Shown: piece after piece, positions 25,773 through 34,248 of the stretch | Numbering within the stretch: the stretch's first letter is position 1 | Layout: each line of letters starts with the position of its first letter | Source of the DNA: a virus | Taxonomy: Duplodnaviria; Caudoviricetes | Virus record (IMG/VR): IMGVR_UViG_3300012347_000587 | Location: 1-38,127 of that record | Length of the DNA stretch: 38,127 bases | Strand: one strand, 5' to 3' | Notes under the pieces: model-generated | Told to the model about the DNA's origin: nothing | What the model saw: only the letters and a program-made list of their open reading frames with translations | Database searches by the model: none | Translations under genes and position numbers: made by a program

Positions 25773-26289
25773 AAGAGTCGTTTCGTATTGTCCATTCATT
25801 GCCTCGCTTCTGAAAATAAAATAGAATGTTTTTATCATTCTCACTAAATTCATTAAAGGATTTCAAGGATGTTTTTTCCAAATCGGCACCAGGAACAAAC
25901 CAAGACTTCCAGACCGGGAACAAATCTAAATATTTACCTTGCACCATTGTAAACTTGTATTTTTTTATACCGGGTTTTTCTAAGTCTACATTTTTACCTT
26001 CAAAATAAATTTTAAAAAAAACCATTAGGCACTTACTAAAATCTTTTGATGTTTCTAATTGTTCATCGGTAACGCCTTCAGGAGCAAAAACAATTTTTAA
26101 AAATCCTTCCTTTTCAAACTCTTTGTAATTGTACAAGTGATAATTAATTTTTGCCATAGATTTCATATCGTTGGCAATCTTTAATGAGTTTTCAAAATCC
26201 GTGGACTTCAACTGTTCGATAGCGATGTAATCCTGTGCGCTTACCAATAATCCTATTAGCAAAGTGGCGAGTAAGAGTAGTTTTTTCAT
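25771..26289 (-). CDS. Secreted hypothetical protein
   Basis: Signal peptide MKKLLLLATLLIGLLVSA-Q. Confidence 0.75.
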   Translation of the reverse strand: MKKLLLLATLLIGLLVSAQDYIAIEQLKSTDFENSLKIANDMKSMAKINYHLYNYKEFEKEGFLKIVFAPEGVTDEQLETSKDFSKCLMVFFKIYFEGKNVDLEKPGIKKYKFTMVQGKYLDLFPVWKSWFVPGADLEKTSLKSFNEFSENDKNILFYFQKRGNEWTIRNDS

Positions 26290-26291
26290 TA

Positions 26292-26447
26292 TTATTTTTT
26301 AAGTTTTGATTTTTGAAATTCCTTATCGGCTACAATTCCGAAGCCTACCATTGATAATTTTGCGGCTCGAAATATTTTGCTAAGCTGTAGTGTGTGTTCA
26401 GCTAAATCTTGAGCAGTGAGAGAGACTTTCTTTAATTTACTTTCCAT
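26292..26447 (-). CDS. 51-aa hypothetical protein
   Basis: MESKLKKVSLTAQDLAEH...KSKLKK* fills the gap between co-oriented genes. Confidence 0.55.
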   Translation of the reverse strand: MESKLKKVSLTAQDLAEHTLQLSKIFRAAKLSMVGFGIVADKEFQKSKLKK

Positions 26448-26457
26448 AATTCAAATA

Positions 26458-26766
26458 TTAGAAGTCATTTAAAAAATCCTGCGCACGACTCTTGGCCTCA
26501 TAAAAATCAGTTTTTGTCGATTTATATTCCGGTTTAAACCAGCATCCACTTCCTGAGTTTTTTAAGGAGGAAAACGTTTCTACTTCAATTTCATATTTAC
26601 GTTCATTATCCTGTTCGGACTCTTGAATAGTTGTTTCTTTGTTTTCATCAATTTTACCATATATAGTGGATCTACCATATTCACCTACATCATATTTGAA
26701 ATAATATGGGAGTTCAACTTCTATTGTTTCTACAACCGTAACGTTTTTTGTTATTTCAACTTTCAT
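26458..26766 (-). CDS. Hypothetical protein
   Basis: ORF in the early operon. Confidence 0.7.
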   Translation of the reverse strand: MKVEITKNVTVVETIEVELPYYFKYDVGEYGRSTIYGKIDENKETTIQESEQDNERKYEIEVETFSSLKNSGSGCWFKPEYKSTKTDFYEAKSRAQDFLNDF

Positions 26767-26803
26767 TGCCTTTTTATTAAGTTATTCAAATGTAGTATTT
26801 TTT

Positions 26804-27334
26804 CTAATACCTTAAATCCGTCCAGTGAATAATTTTTCCACTAAACCAACTATTACCAGTTTCAGTGTATTGTTCGTTGATACGTTCTAAAAAATAAGCA
26901 TTAAACTCTTCAAGACTATCAAAACCATCGTTAATGGCTAATTCTTTTTTAGCATGGTGATATAAATAAGAATCGTCACTCCCGATGTATGAGCCTACTT
27001 TAGCAATTGTTATTTCAAGGTCGTTACCTCTTTTAGTCATAAACACTTCTTGAACGCTCACCACCGGCAGAACCGGAGCAAACCGAAACATATCTTTTTG
27101 ACGGCAATTGATAAAGAAATCAATTTTGTTTCCGGCTTTCCAACGGTCTTTTTTATCTTCCCGGAATGTGTGGATTTTTGGAGTTATATGTTGTTTTGAA
27201 AAAAGATCATATCCTGTATATTTCCAAAAATTTAATAAATTAATTGGGGCTTTGTAGATTTCTATTCCTCTTAATATTTTCTCAACAAAGTATGTTGGCT
27301 TTCCGTTCATTTGTGTGCTAAAGGGTAGTATCAT
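26804..27334 (-). CDS. ASCH/PUA-like domain protein
   Basis: KIHTFR...WKAG..IDF and ELAINDGFDSLEEF...IIHW pattern. Confidence 0.6.
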   Translation of the reverse strand: MILPFSTQMNGKPTYFVEKILRGIEIYKAPINLLNFWKYTGYDLFSKQHITPKIHTFREDKKDRWKAGNKIDFFINCRQKDMFRFAPVLPVVSVQEVFMTKRGNDLEITIAKVGSYIGSDDSYLYHHAKKELAINDGFDSLEEFNAYFLERINEQYTETGNSWFSGKIIHWTDLRY

Positions 27335-27500
27335 TTTCTTTTTTTTCTTTTAAAAGGTTAGAAAGTGGTATTCTAATACGGCTTTGGTACCGTTCTGACT
27401 GGATAAGCAAATCCAGTTCTTTGAGTTCGAGGTCGGAGCAGTTCTCAAGGAATTGCTCCGGTGTAATTGTTAGGGTGAAGACTTTGTTTAGGGTTGGCAT
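27318..27500 (-). CDS. Hypothetical protein
   Basis: ORF in the operon with tight spacing. Confidence 0.65.
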   Translation of the reverse strand: MPTLNKVFTLTITPEQFLENCSDLELKELDLLIQSERYQSRIRIPLSNLLKEKKENDTTL

Positions 27501-27503
27501 AAT

Positions 27504-27752
27504 TCAGACTTTTATCAAGTTTTGTTTGTGGATTGATTGATTACATCTAGGACAGTCGTAAGGTTCTACAAATACATCTATGTGGCCTCCTTGGTTAATA
27601 CCGGTAACTATACATTCTTTTTGTGTATGCCGTTCTTTGTATTTTACGCCTATTTCAATTTTTTGATTTTCGTAAAATTTCAAGTCCTCCCAACTTTCAA
27701 AAGGGTGACAATTACATCCGTACATCCCTATTGGTTTTATATTTTCTGGCAT
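27504..27752 (-). CDS. Hypothetical protein, Cys-containing
   Basis: TAATG coupling; CNC and CPRC. Confidence 0.6.
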   Translation of the reverse strand: MPENIKPIGMYGCNCHPFESWEDLKFYENQKIEIGVKYKERHTQKECIVTGINQGGHIDVFVEPYDCPRCNQSIHKQNLIKV

Positions 27753-28231
27753 TAGGCTGTTTTTTTAGTTCTACTCTCCTTAATCACCTCATTCCAAAAC
27801 TCCTGAATTTCCTTGCTGGTGTAGTCGAGGTTGGCGAGTTGCTTATTGAAACTGTTTACTTGCTCTCGGATTTCTTGTAGTGTTACTTCCAAGCGGTTTA
27901 TTGGCTTGCCTATTTCGATTAAAAAATCTTGATACAAAGTTTTGTATTCTTTATCGAATTTCATTAGGGTTGGGTGCTGCTTGATGTAATAAGCTATTGT
28001 GCAGTGATTTTTACTAAAAAAGAAACCGATTCTATGATAGGTTTCGCTTTCTTGCACTAGCTGTATGGCCACGGCAGCACGAGCTCGGCTATTGTCACGA
28101 GTACCTGTACGGTCTAATGGATCTACACCATAAACCTTTTCGGCCATTTCTACAAGAAAACAGGCGCGGGTTGGGTTTTTTAATTTTTGAGTTGTTCTCA
28201 TTTTGTTATGCTTTTTGCCACTCATCTTCAA
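27752..28231 (-). CDS. DnaA domain IV-like HTH protein
   Basis: R..SRARAAVA...TYHRIGFFFSKNHCTIAY resembles the DnaA C-terminal R..AR......IG..F..DHTTV pattern. Confidence 0.6.
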   Translation of the reverse strand: MKMSGKKHNKMRTTQKLKNPTRACFLVEMAEKVYGVDPLDRTGTRDNSRARAAVAIQLVQESETYHRIGFFFSKNHCTIAYYIKQHPTLMKFDKEYKTLYQDFLIEIGKPINRLEVTLQEIREQVNSFNKQLANLDYTSKEIQEFWNEVIKESRTKKTA

Positions 28232-28652
28232 AGTAGCGTTGGTTTATAAATGTGGAAAGATGCGCTTTGGCAATTTGTTTTTTGGCTAGATAAATATTAT
28301 ATCCTTTGATTGCCATAAAGCATTTAATAACATCGGGTTCTTTCAATTTTTTGAAACTCTTTTCGGCTTCAAACTTTTTGACTTTGTTGTCGTAAAGGTT
28401 CCAAAGTGTCTCAAAACTATAATCGGGCGTTTCTTTGATGATTTCAAAGAGTTTAATATCTAGCTTCCACTCTTTGATTATCGACTCTTTATAGGGGAAA
28501 TTACCGTCTTTAAACAGCCAGTCGCAGGATTTTTGAGTGAGTCCCATATTCAGGAATTTAACCTCTGCTATAATGCCGTTTAAATTGTATTTAAATACCC
28601 AAACTGAATCTCGTGTTTTGGCTCGAAGCGTGTAGGTGGTTAGCTGCTCCAT
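28206..28652 (-). CDS. Hypothetical protein with replication-initiator-like C-terminus
   Basis: FETLWNLYDNKVKK..A...F and HLSTFINQRYFEDE. Confidence 0.55.
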   Translation of the reverse strand: MEQLTTYTLRAKTRDSVWVFKYNLNGIIAEVKFLNMGLTQKSCDWLFKDGNFPYKESIIKEWKLDIKLFEIIKETPDYSFETLWNLYDNKVKKFEAEKSFKKLKEPDVIKCFMAIKGYNIYLAKKQIAKAHLSTFINQRYFEDEWQKA

Positions 28653-28963
28653 ATATCGGCAAGTTTAAAAATATTGGTTACACAAGGTATTTTTAAATTG
28701 ACAGCAAGTTGCAGCTCCATCATTGCTCTAACACTTTGGGTATGGCAAGGCAAAAGATAAACAGCGTCGCAATCAATCAGTGCTTTGCAACATTTTTTCA
28801 TTGCAACTTCCCAAGTTGCATCCCAATCGTTGACAACATCTAGTGGGTTTACAACTAAAAACCCGCATCTTTCGAGGTTAATTTGTACGTCTTCAAATTT
28901 ATCGATAACCAGTTGGCGGTCTAATCCGGTTACTTTCCCGGCGATGTATATTTTCTTTTTCAT
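28640..28963 (-). CDS. DUF4406 (nucleoside deoxyribosyltransferase-like) protein
   Basis: KIYIAGKVTG...VVNP...CDAVYLLP...S..A..E. Confidence 0.85.
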   Translation of the reverse strand: MKKKIYIAGKVTGLDRQLVIDKFEDVQINLERCGFLVVNPLDVVNDWDATWEVAMKKCCKALIDCDAVYLLPCHTQSVRAMMELQLAVNLKIPCVTNIFKLADIWSS

Positions 28964-29295
28964 TATGCTAATTGTTGGTTTAAATTATGTCGGATAAATC
29001 GAAGTACATTTCTATCGTATTCATTCATCGCGAAGTCGTCAACAATGATTAAGTAGTATTCGAGAAAGTGTGCTTCGTGGTATTTTAGCGAAAAGGAGTG
29101 TTTCTTTTTAGGGCTAAAAAGTGTTTTTTTATAAGCCTCCTCAACGTGTTTCTTTTTGAGTTTGATTACAATCTCGTCCAGGCAAGATCTAGCAACTTTT
29201 ACGCTGCGATCTGTAATTGGAATCTTGGCAATATGGTTGAATGAAAAAACCAAAGATTCCAATTGCTGTAGTGATAATTTTAAGGGTACTTTCAT
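28963..29295 (-). CDS. Hypothetical protein
   Basis: Translationally coupled ORF. Confidence 0.7.
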   Translation of the reverse strand: MKVPLKLSLQQLESLVFSFNHIAKIPITDRSVKVARSCLDEIVIKLKKKHVEEAYKKTLFSPKKKHSFSLKYHEAHFLEYYLIIVDDFAMNEYDRNVLRFIRHNLNQQLA

Positions 29296-29546
29296 TACAT
29301 TAATTCGATTAAAAGTTTAATATCTTCGACTGTTATTTCACGGCCGTGCAATTTCTCACCGTTGAACTCTACATATCCAAGTAAAAATTGATGTCTAGCG
29401 CTATACTCATAAGTAATGTGCAGCTCAGAGTCGTTTTTATGAAAAGCCCACCAACGGTAATACTCACCGTGATCTAGTTGACCGCCTTCTATTTCTACAA
29501 ATAGTAGTTTTTTAAGTTCGTCAATTGTAAATATTGGTTTCTTCAT
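29295..29546 (-). CDS. Hypothetical protein
   Basis: Translationally coupled ORF. Confidence 0.65.
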   Translation of the reverse strand: MKKPIFTIDELKKLLFVEIEGGQLDHGEYYRWWAFHKNDSELHITYEYSARHQFLLGYVEFNGEKLHGREITVEDIKLLIELM

Positions 29547-29547
29547 A

Positions 29548-29694
29548 TCAGCAGTCTGTTTTAGGTTTTGTTAATTGTTCGCCACATTCGGTGCAAAATT
29601 CTGCGGTGGTTTCGCATCCGCATTCAGCGTTTAGGGTTCTGGTCTCGGCTATGTCGTGAGGACAAACTTCGGTGATGCTATATTTTGGTTCCAT
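29548..29694 (-). CDS. 48-aa putative zinc-binding protein
   Basis: MEPKYSITEVCPH...FCTECGEQLTKPKTDC*; fills a gap, not in the ORF track. Confidence 0.6.
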   Translation of the reverse strand: MEPKYSITEVCPHDIAETRTLNAECGCETTAEFCTECGEQLTKPKTDC

Positions 29695-29902
29695 GATACA
29701 ATCCACATTCGCCGCAGTAGAAGTTTCCTTTTTTCTCTTTTACCTCAGTATCAATTTCGCATTCTAAGCAATACAGCCTTTCAGCGTTTTCAATATCCTC
29801 GACCATATTCAAGGCATTGGACATACCAAGAAAAAAGCCTATCCAAAAAGCGGCACCAATTATTAGCAATGCTAATGCTATCATTAAAATATTTTGTAAC
29901 AT
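29678..29902 (-). CDS. Membrane-anchored zinc-ribbon protein
   Basis: N-terminal TM; CLEC...CGECG. Confidence 0.65.
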   Translation of the reverse strand: MLQNILMIALALLIIGAAFWIGFFLGMSNALNMVEDIENAERLYCLECEIDTEVKEKKGNFYCGECGLYHGTKI

Positions 29903-29904
29903 AA

Positions 29905-30387
29905 TTATTTGTTTTTAGTTTTATACATTGAACCTACTATTCCTTTAAATGCTTCGATTATTTTTGAAACCTCCCACGGTTGCATTTTTTTGAGTGGTTT
30001 TTTTACTGGCGATAAATTGCCTTTTAACCAATCGCTCAAACGTTCGATATCTGCCACTTCGCCGTGTTTGCCATTTGGGGTTGTCCATTGTGCTGTTCGC
30101 ATATAGGCAAGGAGCGTGAGGTGTTGGCGGTTGTCTTTATCGAATAATCCCCAATTGTCGTCTTGTGGTTCTGCGCCTGTTTGGGCTTTGATGATTCGAA
30201 CCGCTTGCGCTTGTGTGAGAGGAATTGGTTTGGTTAGACTGGTTCTGCTGACGTCTCCGGTTACCCATTGCACCCATTCCTCTTTGATGTCTTCTTGGAA
30301 ATTGGCGTTTTTGCGGATTTCCTTTATTTGATGGGCGGTGATGGGTAAATCATCGCCGTAGACTGGTGGAGCTTTAGTTGCTTTCAT
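29905..30387 (-). CDS. GemA/gp16-like early protein
   Basis: ITAHQIK..TSLTK..LTQAQA..LKKM...EVSKII pattern; likely start MKATK. Confidence 0.55.
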   Translation of the reverse strand: MKATKAPPVYGDDLPITAHQIKEIRKNANFQEDIKEEWVQWVTGDVSRTSLTKPIPLTQAQAVRIIKAQTGAEPQDDNWGLFDKDNRQHLTLLAYMRTAQWTTPNGKHGEVADIERLSDWLKGNLSPVKKPLKKMQPWEVSKIIEAFKGIVGSMYKTKNK

Positions 30388-30670
30388 AATACGCATCATT
30401 TATTGAAAAGGTCACTCCGTAAAACCCTGAAACAATTAGTTTGTGTTTTCCTCCGGGATTGTAAAAAGAAATATTGAGAGGTGTGCAACGTGGGTATTTT
30501 GCGTTGAGTTCAGATTGTTTTTCTAAGATTTCTTTTTTTAACTGTGGAAGCTTCGAGGCATCAATCAGTTTAGATCTAAGTGAGTTTAGATAAGTGGCAA
30601 ACTCGGCTTGGAGTTTGTTCTTGGTTTGAAGCGAGTTGGAGGCTTCGAGATAGTAGTGGGTTGGACTCAT
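30374..30670 (-). CDS. Hypothetical protein
   Basis: ORF with A-rich start region. Confidence 0.7.
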   Translation of the reverse strand: MSPTHYYLEASNSLQTKNKLQAEFATYLNSLRSKLIDASKLPQLKKEILEKQSELNAKYPRCTPLNISFYNPGGKHKLIVSGFYGVTFSINDAYYESN

Positions 30671-30690
30671 TTTGTTGTTGTTTTAAATTT

Positions 30691-30818
30691 GCTCCCGATG
30701 CAGGATTCGAACCTGCGTATGATGGTGCCTTGACATAATGGGTGGCGGGCTGCATCACTATTTAAAAAAGTCTATTCTCCCTTTCAGCTAACTTTTATCC
30801 TCCAAGGCAATCGGGAAA
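30691..30818 (-). ncRNA. tRNA-like structured RNA (acceptor stem + T arm, no canonical D or anticodon arm)
   Basis: TCCCGAT/ATCGGGA 7-bp stem, GCAGG-TTCGAAT-CCTGC T arm, extra TGCCTTG/CAAGGCA stem enclosing ~70 nt. Confidence 0.65.
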
Positions 30819-30832
30819 CCGAATTAACTAAC

Positions 30833-31024
30833 CTATTTTTTTATCAGAAATAGTATTCCAAGTACAATTAATACAGCTATTACAACTGTGCCCAGTATTA
30901 GTACTGGAGACAAAACCCACCACCAACTCCAGTCGATGTATTTTGTCAATTTTAAAGTGATGAACACTATTGTTAGTAATCCTGCGAATCCGATTCCTCC
31001 TGATGATGTTGAATTTTTACTCAT
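30833..31024 (-). CDS. Small two-TM phage membrane protein
   Basis: GGIGFAGLLTIVFITLKLT..IDWSWWWVLSP. Confidence 0.8.
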   Translation of the reverse strand: MSKNSTSSGGIGFAGLLTIVFITLKLTKYIDWSWWWVLSPVLILGTVVIAVLIVLGILFLIKK

Positions 31025-31042
31025 TGTTTTTAGTTTTAATTA

Positions 31043-31243
31043 TTATCCTTTATATTCTGCTTTTGTGTGTGTTTTGAAAGCTCCACTTTCAATCACGGCT
31101 TTCTTGTAATTGTTGAAAGCGTTAGTTTCCTGTGTGGTAAACTCCTGCCGAGCCACCCAATTGCCGTTCGAATCTTTATAGATTTCTTTGCCGTTGACGT
31201 TGTAGGATTCGTGATCTACTACGGGTATTATTTTTACGCTCAT
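31043..31243 (-). CDS. Hypothetical protein
   Basis: YNVNGKEIYKDSNGNW; ORF in the operon. Confidence 0.7.
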   Translation of the reverse strand: MSVKIIPVVDHESYNVNGKEIYKDSNGNWVARQEFTTQETNAFNNYKKAVIESGAFKTHTKAEYKG

Positions 31244-31379
31244 TTTCGAGTTGTTTTAAGAAGGTTTTGAATTTAAATCGAAGCCATTCGAGATAAGAAA
31301 GAATAGCTTTTGAGTTCGTGAGTAGCAGCAGAACCACTAATAGTACGATGGTGCTTATGTAGGGGTTACTCTGTTGCAT
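31176..31379 (-). CDS. Small membrane protein (uncertain)
   Basis: Hydrophobic N-terminus; overlaps both neighbours. Confidence 0.45.
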   Translation of the reverse strand: MQQSNPYISTIVLLVVLLLLTNSKAILSYLEWLRFKFKTFLKQLENERKNNTRSRSRILQRQRQRNL

Positions 31380-32076
31380 CGTCTTGAGGAATTTCTTCGC
31401 TAAAGAATTCGAACTTATAACCGCTCAAAAAATCTACTGAAGACATAGACAATGGGACGTTGGTTTTCGAACCGTCTTCATTAATCAAAGCCGCTTCAAT
31501 GAACCAAGAGGAGCGCACCGGTTTGTAGGATGCGGCGATGATGGAAACACCGTCCGTAAACTCTTCGTTGTCGAAATCTTTGGTTAGCTTTTGAAGTTCG
31601 AGCACTCTGGAACCTTTCAAGTTTCCTTTGGCATCTTTTTTCAAGAGGTTGAAAACAACGTTTACCAGTGCTGCGGTTTCTTCGTTGGTGGCTAGTGACG
31701 AAATGTAATTGTTTACCTTTTCGATTCCTGCTGTAACCGTATCGTCCCAGCCGTCGTTTATTCTGTAACCGATTGTAATCTCTTCGCGCTCGGTTGAAAA
31801 GGTGTGCGACTGTTGTTTTTGTTTCAGTCCGTAAACTTGGTTTTTCAAGTCCAAAATATCTTCAAAGAATTTGAAAGTTTCGGTTTTGGCATCACTGATT
31901 ATTTCTGAAGCACGGCACAATTTAAACATTGCTTTGGGTACGGTTTCGGCTACCAGTGCTTTGTAGCTTTCGCGGTCTTGGTCTTTTTTGGCTTCGATTT
32001 TTGCCAAGGCATCTTTGAGCTCTTGTGCTGTGAATTGTGCAATTGATTTTGGTTGCTCTTGTGTTACTGTGCTCAT
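31366..32076 (-). CDS. DUF3164 family protein of Mu-like phages
   Basis: QQSHTFS...GYR..DGWDDT...LLKKDAKGNL..SRVLEL. Confidence 0.85.
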   Translation of the reverse strand: MSTVTQEQPKSIAQFTAQELKDALAKIEAKKDQDRESYKALVAETVPKAMFKLCRASEIISDAKTETFKFFEDILDLKNQVYGLKQKQQSHTFSTEREEITIGYRINDGWDDTVTAGIEKVNNYISSLATNEETAALVNVVFNLLKKDAKGNLKGSRVLELQKLTKDFDNEEFTDGVSIIAASYKPVRSSWFIEAALINEDGSKTNVPLSMSSVDFLSGYKFEFFSEEIPQDDATE

Positions 32077-32087
32077 AATTTTAATTG

Positions 32088-32339
32088 TTATTGATTTCTA
32101 ATTTCTACTTTTTGGATAATAAATTGTATTTTGCTTTCGAGCTTCGGGTGACATTGGTAATATCGAACGTCCTGTTCTTTGTTACCTTCGTTCATTTGGC
32201 TGAGTAATGCGCCACGTTCTTGATTGATACATATTCTTTCGAGAGTGGTAAAACAGGCGGTTCTGCCGAAGGTTTGTTGGTCGCTGTCAAATACTAATAC
32301 ATCGTGCAAGTTTTCGAGGCGGTGATTTTTGTCGCTCAT
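32088..32339 (-). CDS. Hypothetical protein
   Basis: ORF in the early operon. Confidence 0.7.
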   Translation of the reverse strand: MSDKNHRLENLHDVLVFDSDQQTFGRTACFTTLERICINQERGALLSQMNEGNKEQDVRYYQCHPKLESKIQFIIQKVEIRNQ

Positions 32340-32343
32340 TGTT

Positions 32344-32727
32344 TTAGTTCTGGTTGAAGTTTAAACTATGAATTTTGATACCGGCTACTTTCAGACATTT
32401 GCCGTTTGTCGTTTTTTTGATTTCGTTAAGCAATACCATTGGACGTATGTTAAACATGTGGCAAGTACATTGCGAATAACAGCGTTTGAAGTCCTCCGTA
32501 ATGATGGTTTCATTTTCTTCGTAGCGTTTTGTCAATTGTTCAAATTCTTTTTCACACTTAGAATATTCCATCATAAACCATTTATTAATGGAGGAATTGG
32601 CTAGCACTTTTTGAAACTCGTGCGTGTTGATGGTAACACTTTCACACCATTTGGCGTAAGCTCCGAAGATAAAATCCTCATACTCTTCAGGAGTCATCTT
32701 TAATTTTTGATTGATTGTTTTTGTCAT
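32344..32727 (-). CDS. Hypothetical protein
   Basis: ORF in the early operon. Confidence 0.7.
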   Translation of the reverse strand: MTKTINQKLKMTPEEYEDFIFGAYAKWCESVTINTHEFQKVLANSSINKWFMMEYSKCEKEFEQLTKRYEENETIITEDFKRCYSQCTCHMFNIRPMVLLNEIKKTTNGKCLKVAGIKIHSLNFNQN

Positions 32728-32729
32728 GG

Positions 32730-33356
32730 CTATTTAATTTTTAAATCGAATTGGGCGGCTCCTTGCTCCCAAATAGTATAAGGCTCTTTATCTCCTCCAA
32801 GGCGGCTTAAACACATCGCCCGGTAACCTTCAACTCTGATTTTTACATCAGCATCATATTTCACAAACTTGGCGAGTGATCCCTCCGGGTTCTTGCCGTC
32901 TGCGTGGCTTATGAAAATGAACAGTTTATTTGTAAACTCCTCCTTGAGAAGTTTGAATTCCTTTTTTGTAAGTTCTGCGTGCTGCAGTGAGTCAATGAAA
33001 ATAATATCAGGTGATTTCTTTCGTCTTAATCGCTCCTTTAGGTCTTCGGTACTTTCCCGGTTACCTATCAGAAAGCGGTTTTTGACTTCCTGCATATTCT
33101 GTTGGACAATGGCTCTTTGCATCGATTTGCGTGCGCCCTCTTCCAGTGTGTTATAAAACACTTTTCCTGATTTGGTCAGGGCTTTGGCCAGTTGAAGCGA
33201 AAACCCGGTCTTACCGTTGTAGCTTTCGCCCCAGATAATCCAAACTCCACTTCTTTCGGGTGTGCCTAGTAACTTTTTAAAGGCGGGTGGCAGATCTAAT
33301 TCAATGAACTTTTTTTTGGTTATTTCGTCTATGGTTACGGCTCGTTTTAATGCCAT
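32730..33356 (-). CDS. RecA/RadA-fold P-loop ATPase
   Basis: WIIWGESYNGKT Walker A, LEEG, IIFIDS Walker B, FIFISH. Confidence 0.8.
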   Translation of the reverse strand: MALKRAVTIDEITKKKFIELDLPPAFKKLLGTPERSGVWIIWGESYNGKTGFSLQLAKALTKSGKVFYNTLEEGARKSMQRAIVQQNMQEVKNRFLIGNRESTEDLKERLRRKKSPDIIFIDSLQHAELTKKEFKLLKEEFTNKLFIFISHADGKNPEGSLAKFVKYDADVKIRVEGYRAMCLSRLGGDKEPYTIWEQGAAQFDLKIK

Positions 33357-34201
33357 TAAACTCTATTTTTTACAGCGTGAATTTTTCGTTTTACTCTTCT
33401 CAAATCGCCTTCAGAATCATTGAATATATCTTTGATGTCTTTAGGGCTTTCGACACCATTGGCAATGCATATTTGAGTTACATCCGTGAAGTTCACGCCT
33501 TTTAATTCTATGAATTTTCGGCCGATACGGGAGTTGATTTCTTTGTATCCTTTTTTGTTGAGTTTAATCCCTTTGTTGATTCTTTTAGAAAGATGATCAG
33601 TTGCGCAAAGAACAATCCCGCAATGGTCTTCAAGGCGATTGTATAAAGTGATAAAGAAGTAAAGAACGGTGTCTGGCAATTTGTCTGCCTCGTCTAATAT
33701 CATAAGTGGACTGTCTTGTGATTTTAGTTTTTTGATAATTTCATTCATCATTTCGGCTACAGTAAAACCGGAATAATCTACACCCATTGCGGTTAAGAGT
33801 TGCACTAGGAACTCTTTGCGGTTCCAGTACTCGGCACAACTCAATAAATAGGAATTGCGGTTGTCTTGAGTATAAAGTTCGAAGGTCTTAGACTTACCGG
33901 AACCTGCATCACCGGTCATTGCAAAAACGTTCGCATTATTCTTGGCATCGTTTAGAAAGTTATTGATAAGTTTAAAATCGGTAGTTTCTACACAAACCCA
34001 TTCTTTAGAACTATGTCCTATTTGTGAGGCTACATTACGCCACATCGTGTCGGATATTTGTTCCCAGTTGTTGTTGATGATTTGGGAAAGCAACGCGGGT
34101 GAAACACCGCTTAATGAATGTGCCGCCTTGTTTTGGCTTCCTTTTTGAGCGATGTAGGCGGTTAACTTTTCTTGGACTTGTTTTTTGAATTCAGTTGTCA
34201 T
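33356..34201 (-). CDS. MuB-like transposition AAA+ ATPase with N-terminal HTH
   Basis: SQNKAAHSLSGVSPALLSQ HTH, GDAGSGKS, LMILDEADKL, SRIG arginine finger. Confidence 0.9.
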   Translation of the reverse strand: MTTEFKKQVQEKLTAYIAQKGSQNKAAHSLSGVSPALLSQIINNNWEQISDTMWRNVASQIGHSSKEWVCVETTDFKLINNFLNDAKNNANVFAMTGDAGSGKSKTFELYTQDNRNSYLLSCAEYWNRKEFLVQLLTAMGVDYSGFTVAEMMNEIIKKLKSQDSPLMILDEADKLPDTVLYFFITLYNRLEDHCGIVLCATDHLSKRINKGIKLNKKGYKEINSRIGRKFIELKGVNFTDVTQICIANGVESPKDIKDIFNDSEGDLRRVKRKIHAVKNRV

Positions 34202-34248
34202 ACTTTTGTTTTTTAATAGATTAGGTTAATTCGGGGTGCAACCCGTTT

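Noticed and set aside
27339-27346. A8 run before the ASCH-like gene as a fusion site
   Set aside because: Downstream gene has its own ATG; the run reads as a normal A-rich start region
30691-30818. Canonical tRNA gene or att site
   Set aside because: No D or anticodon arm at normal spacing, no CCA, no integrase; kept as tRNA-like
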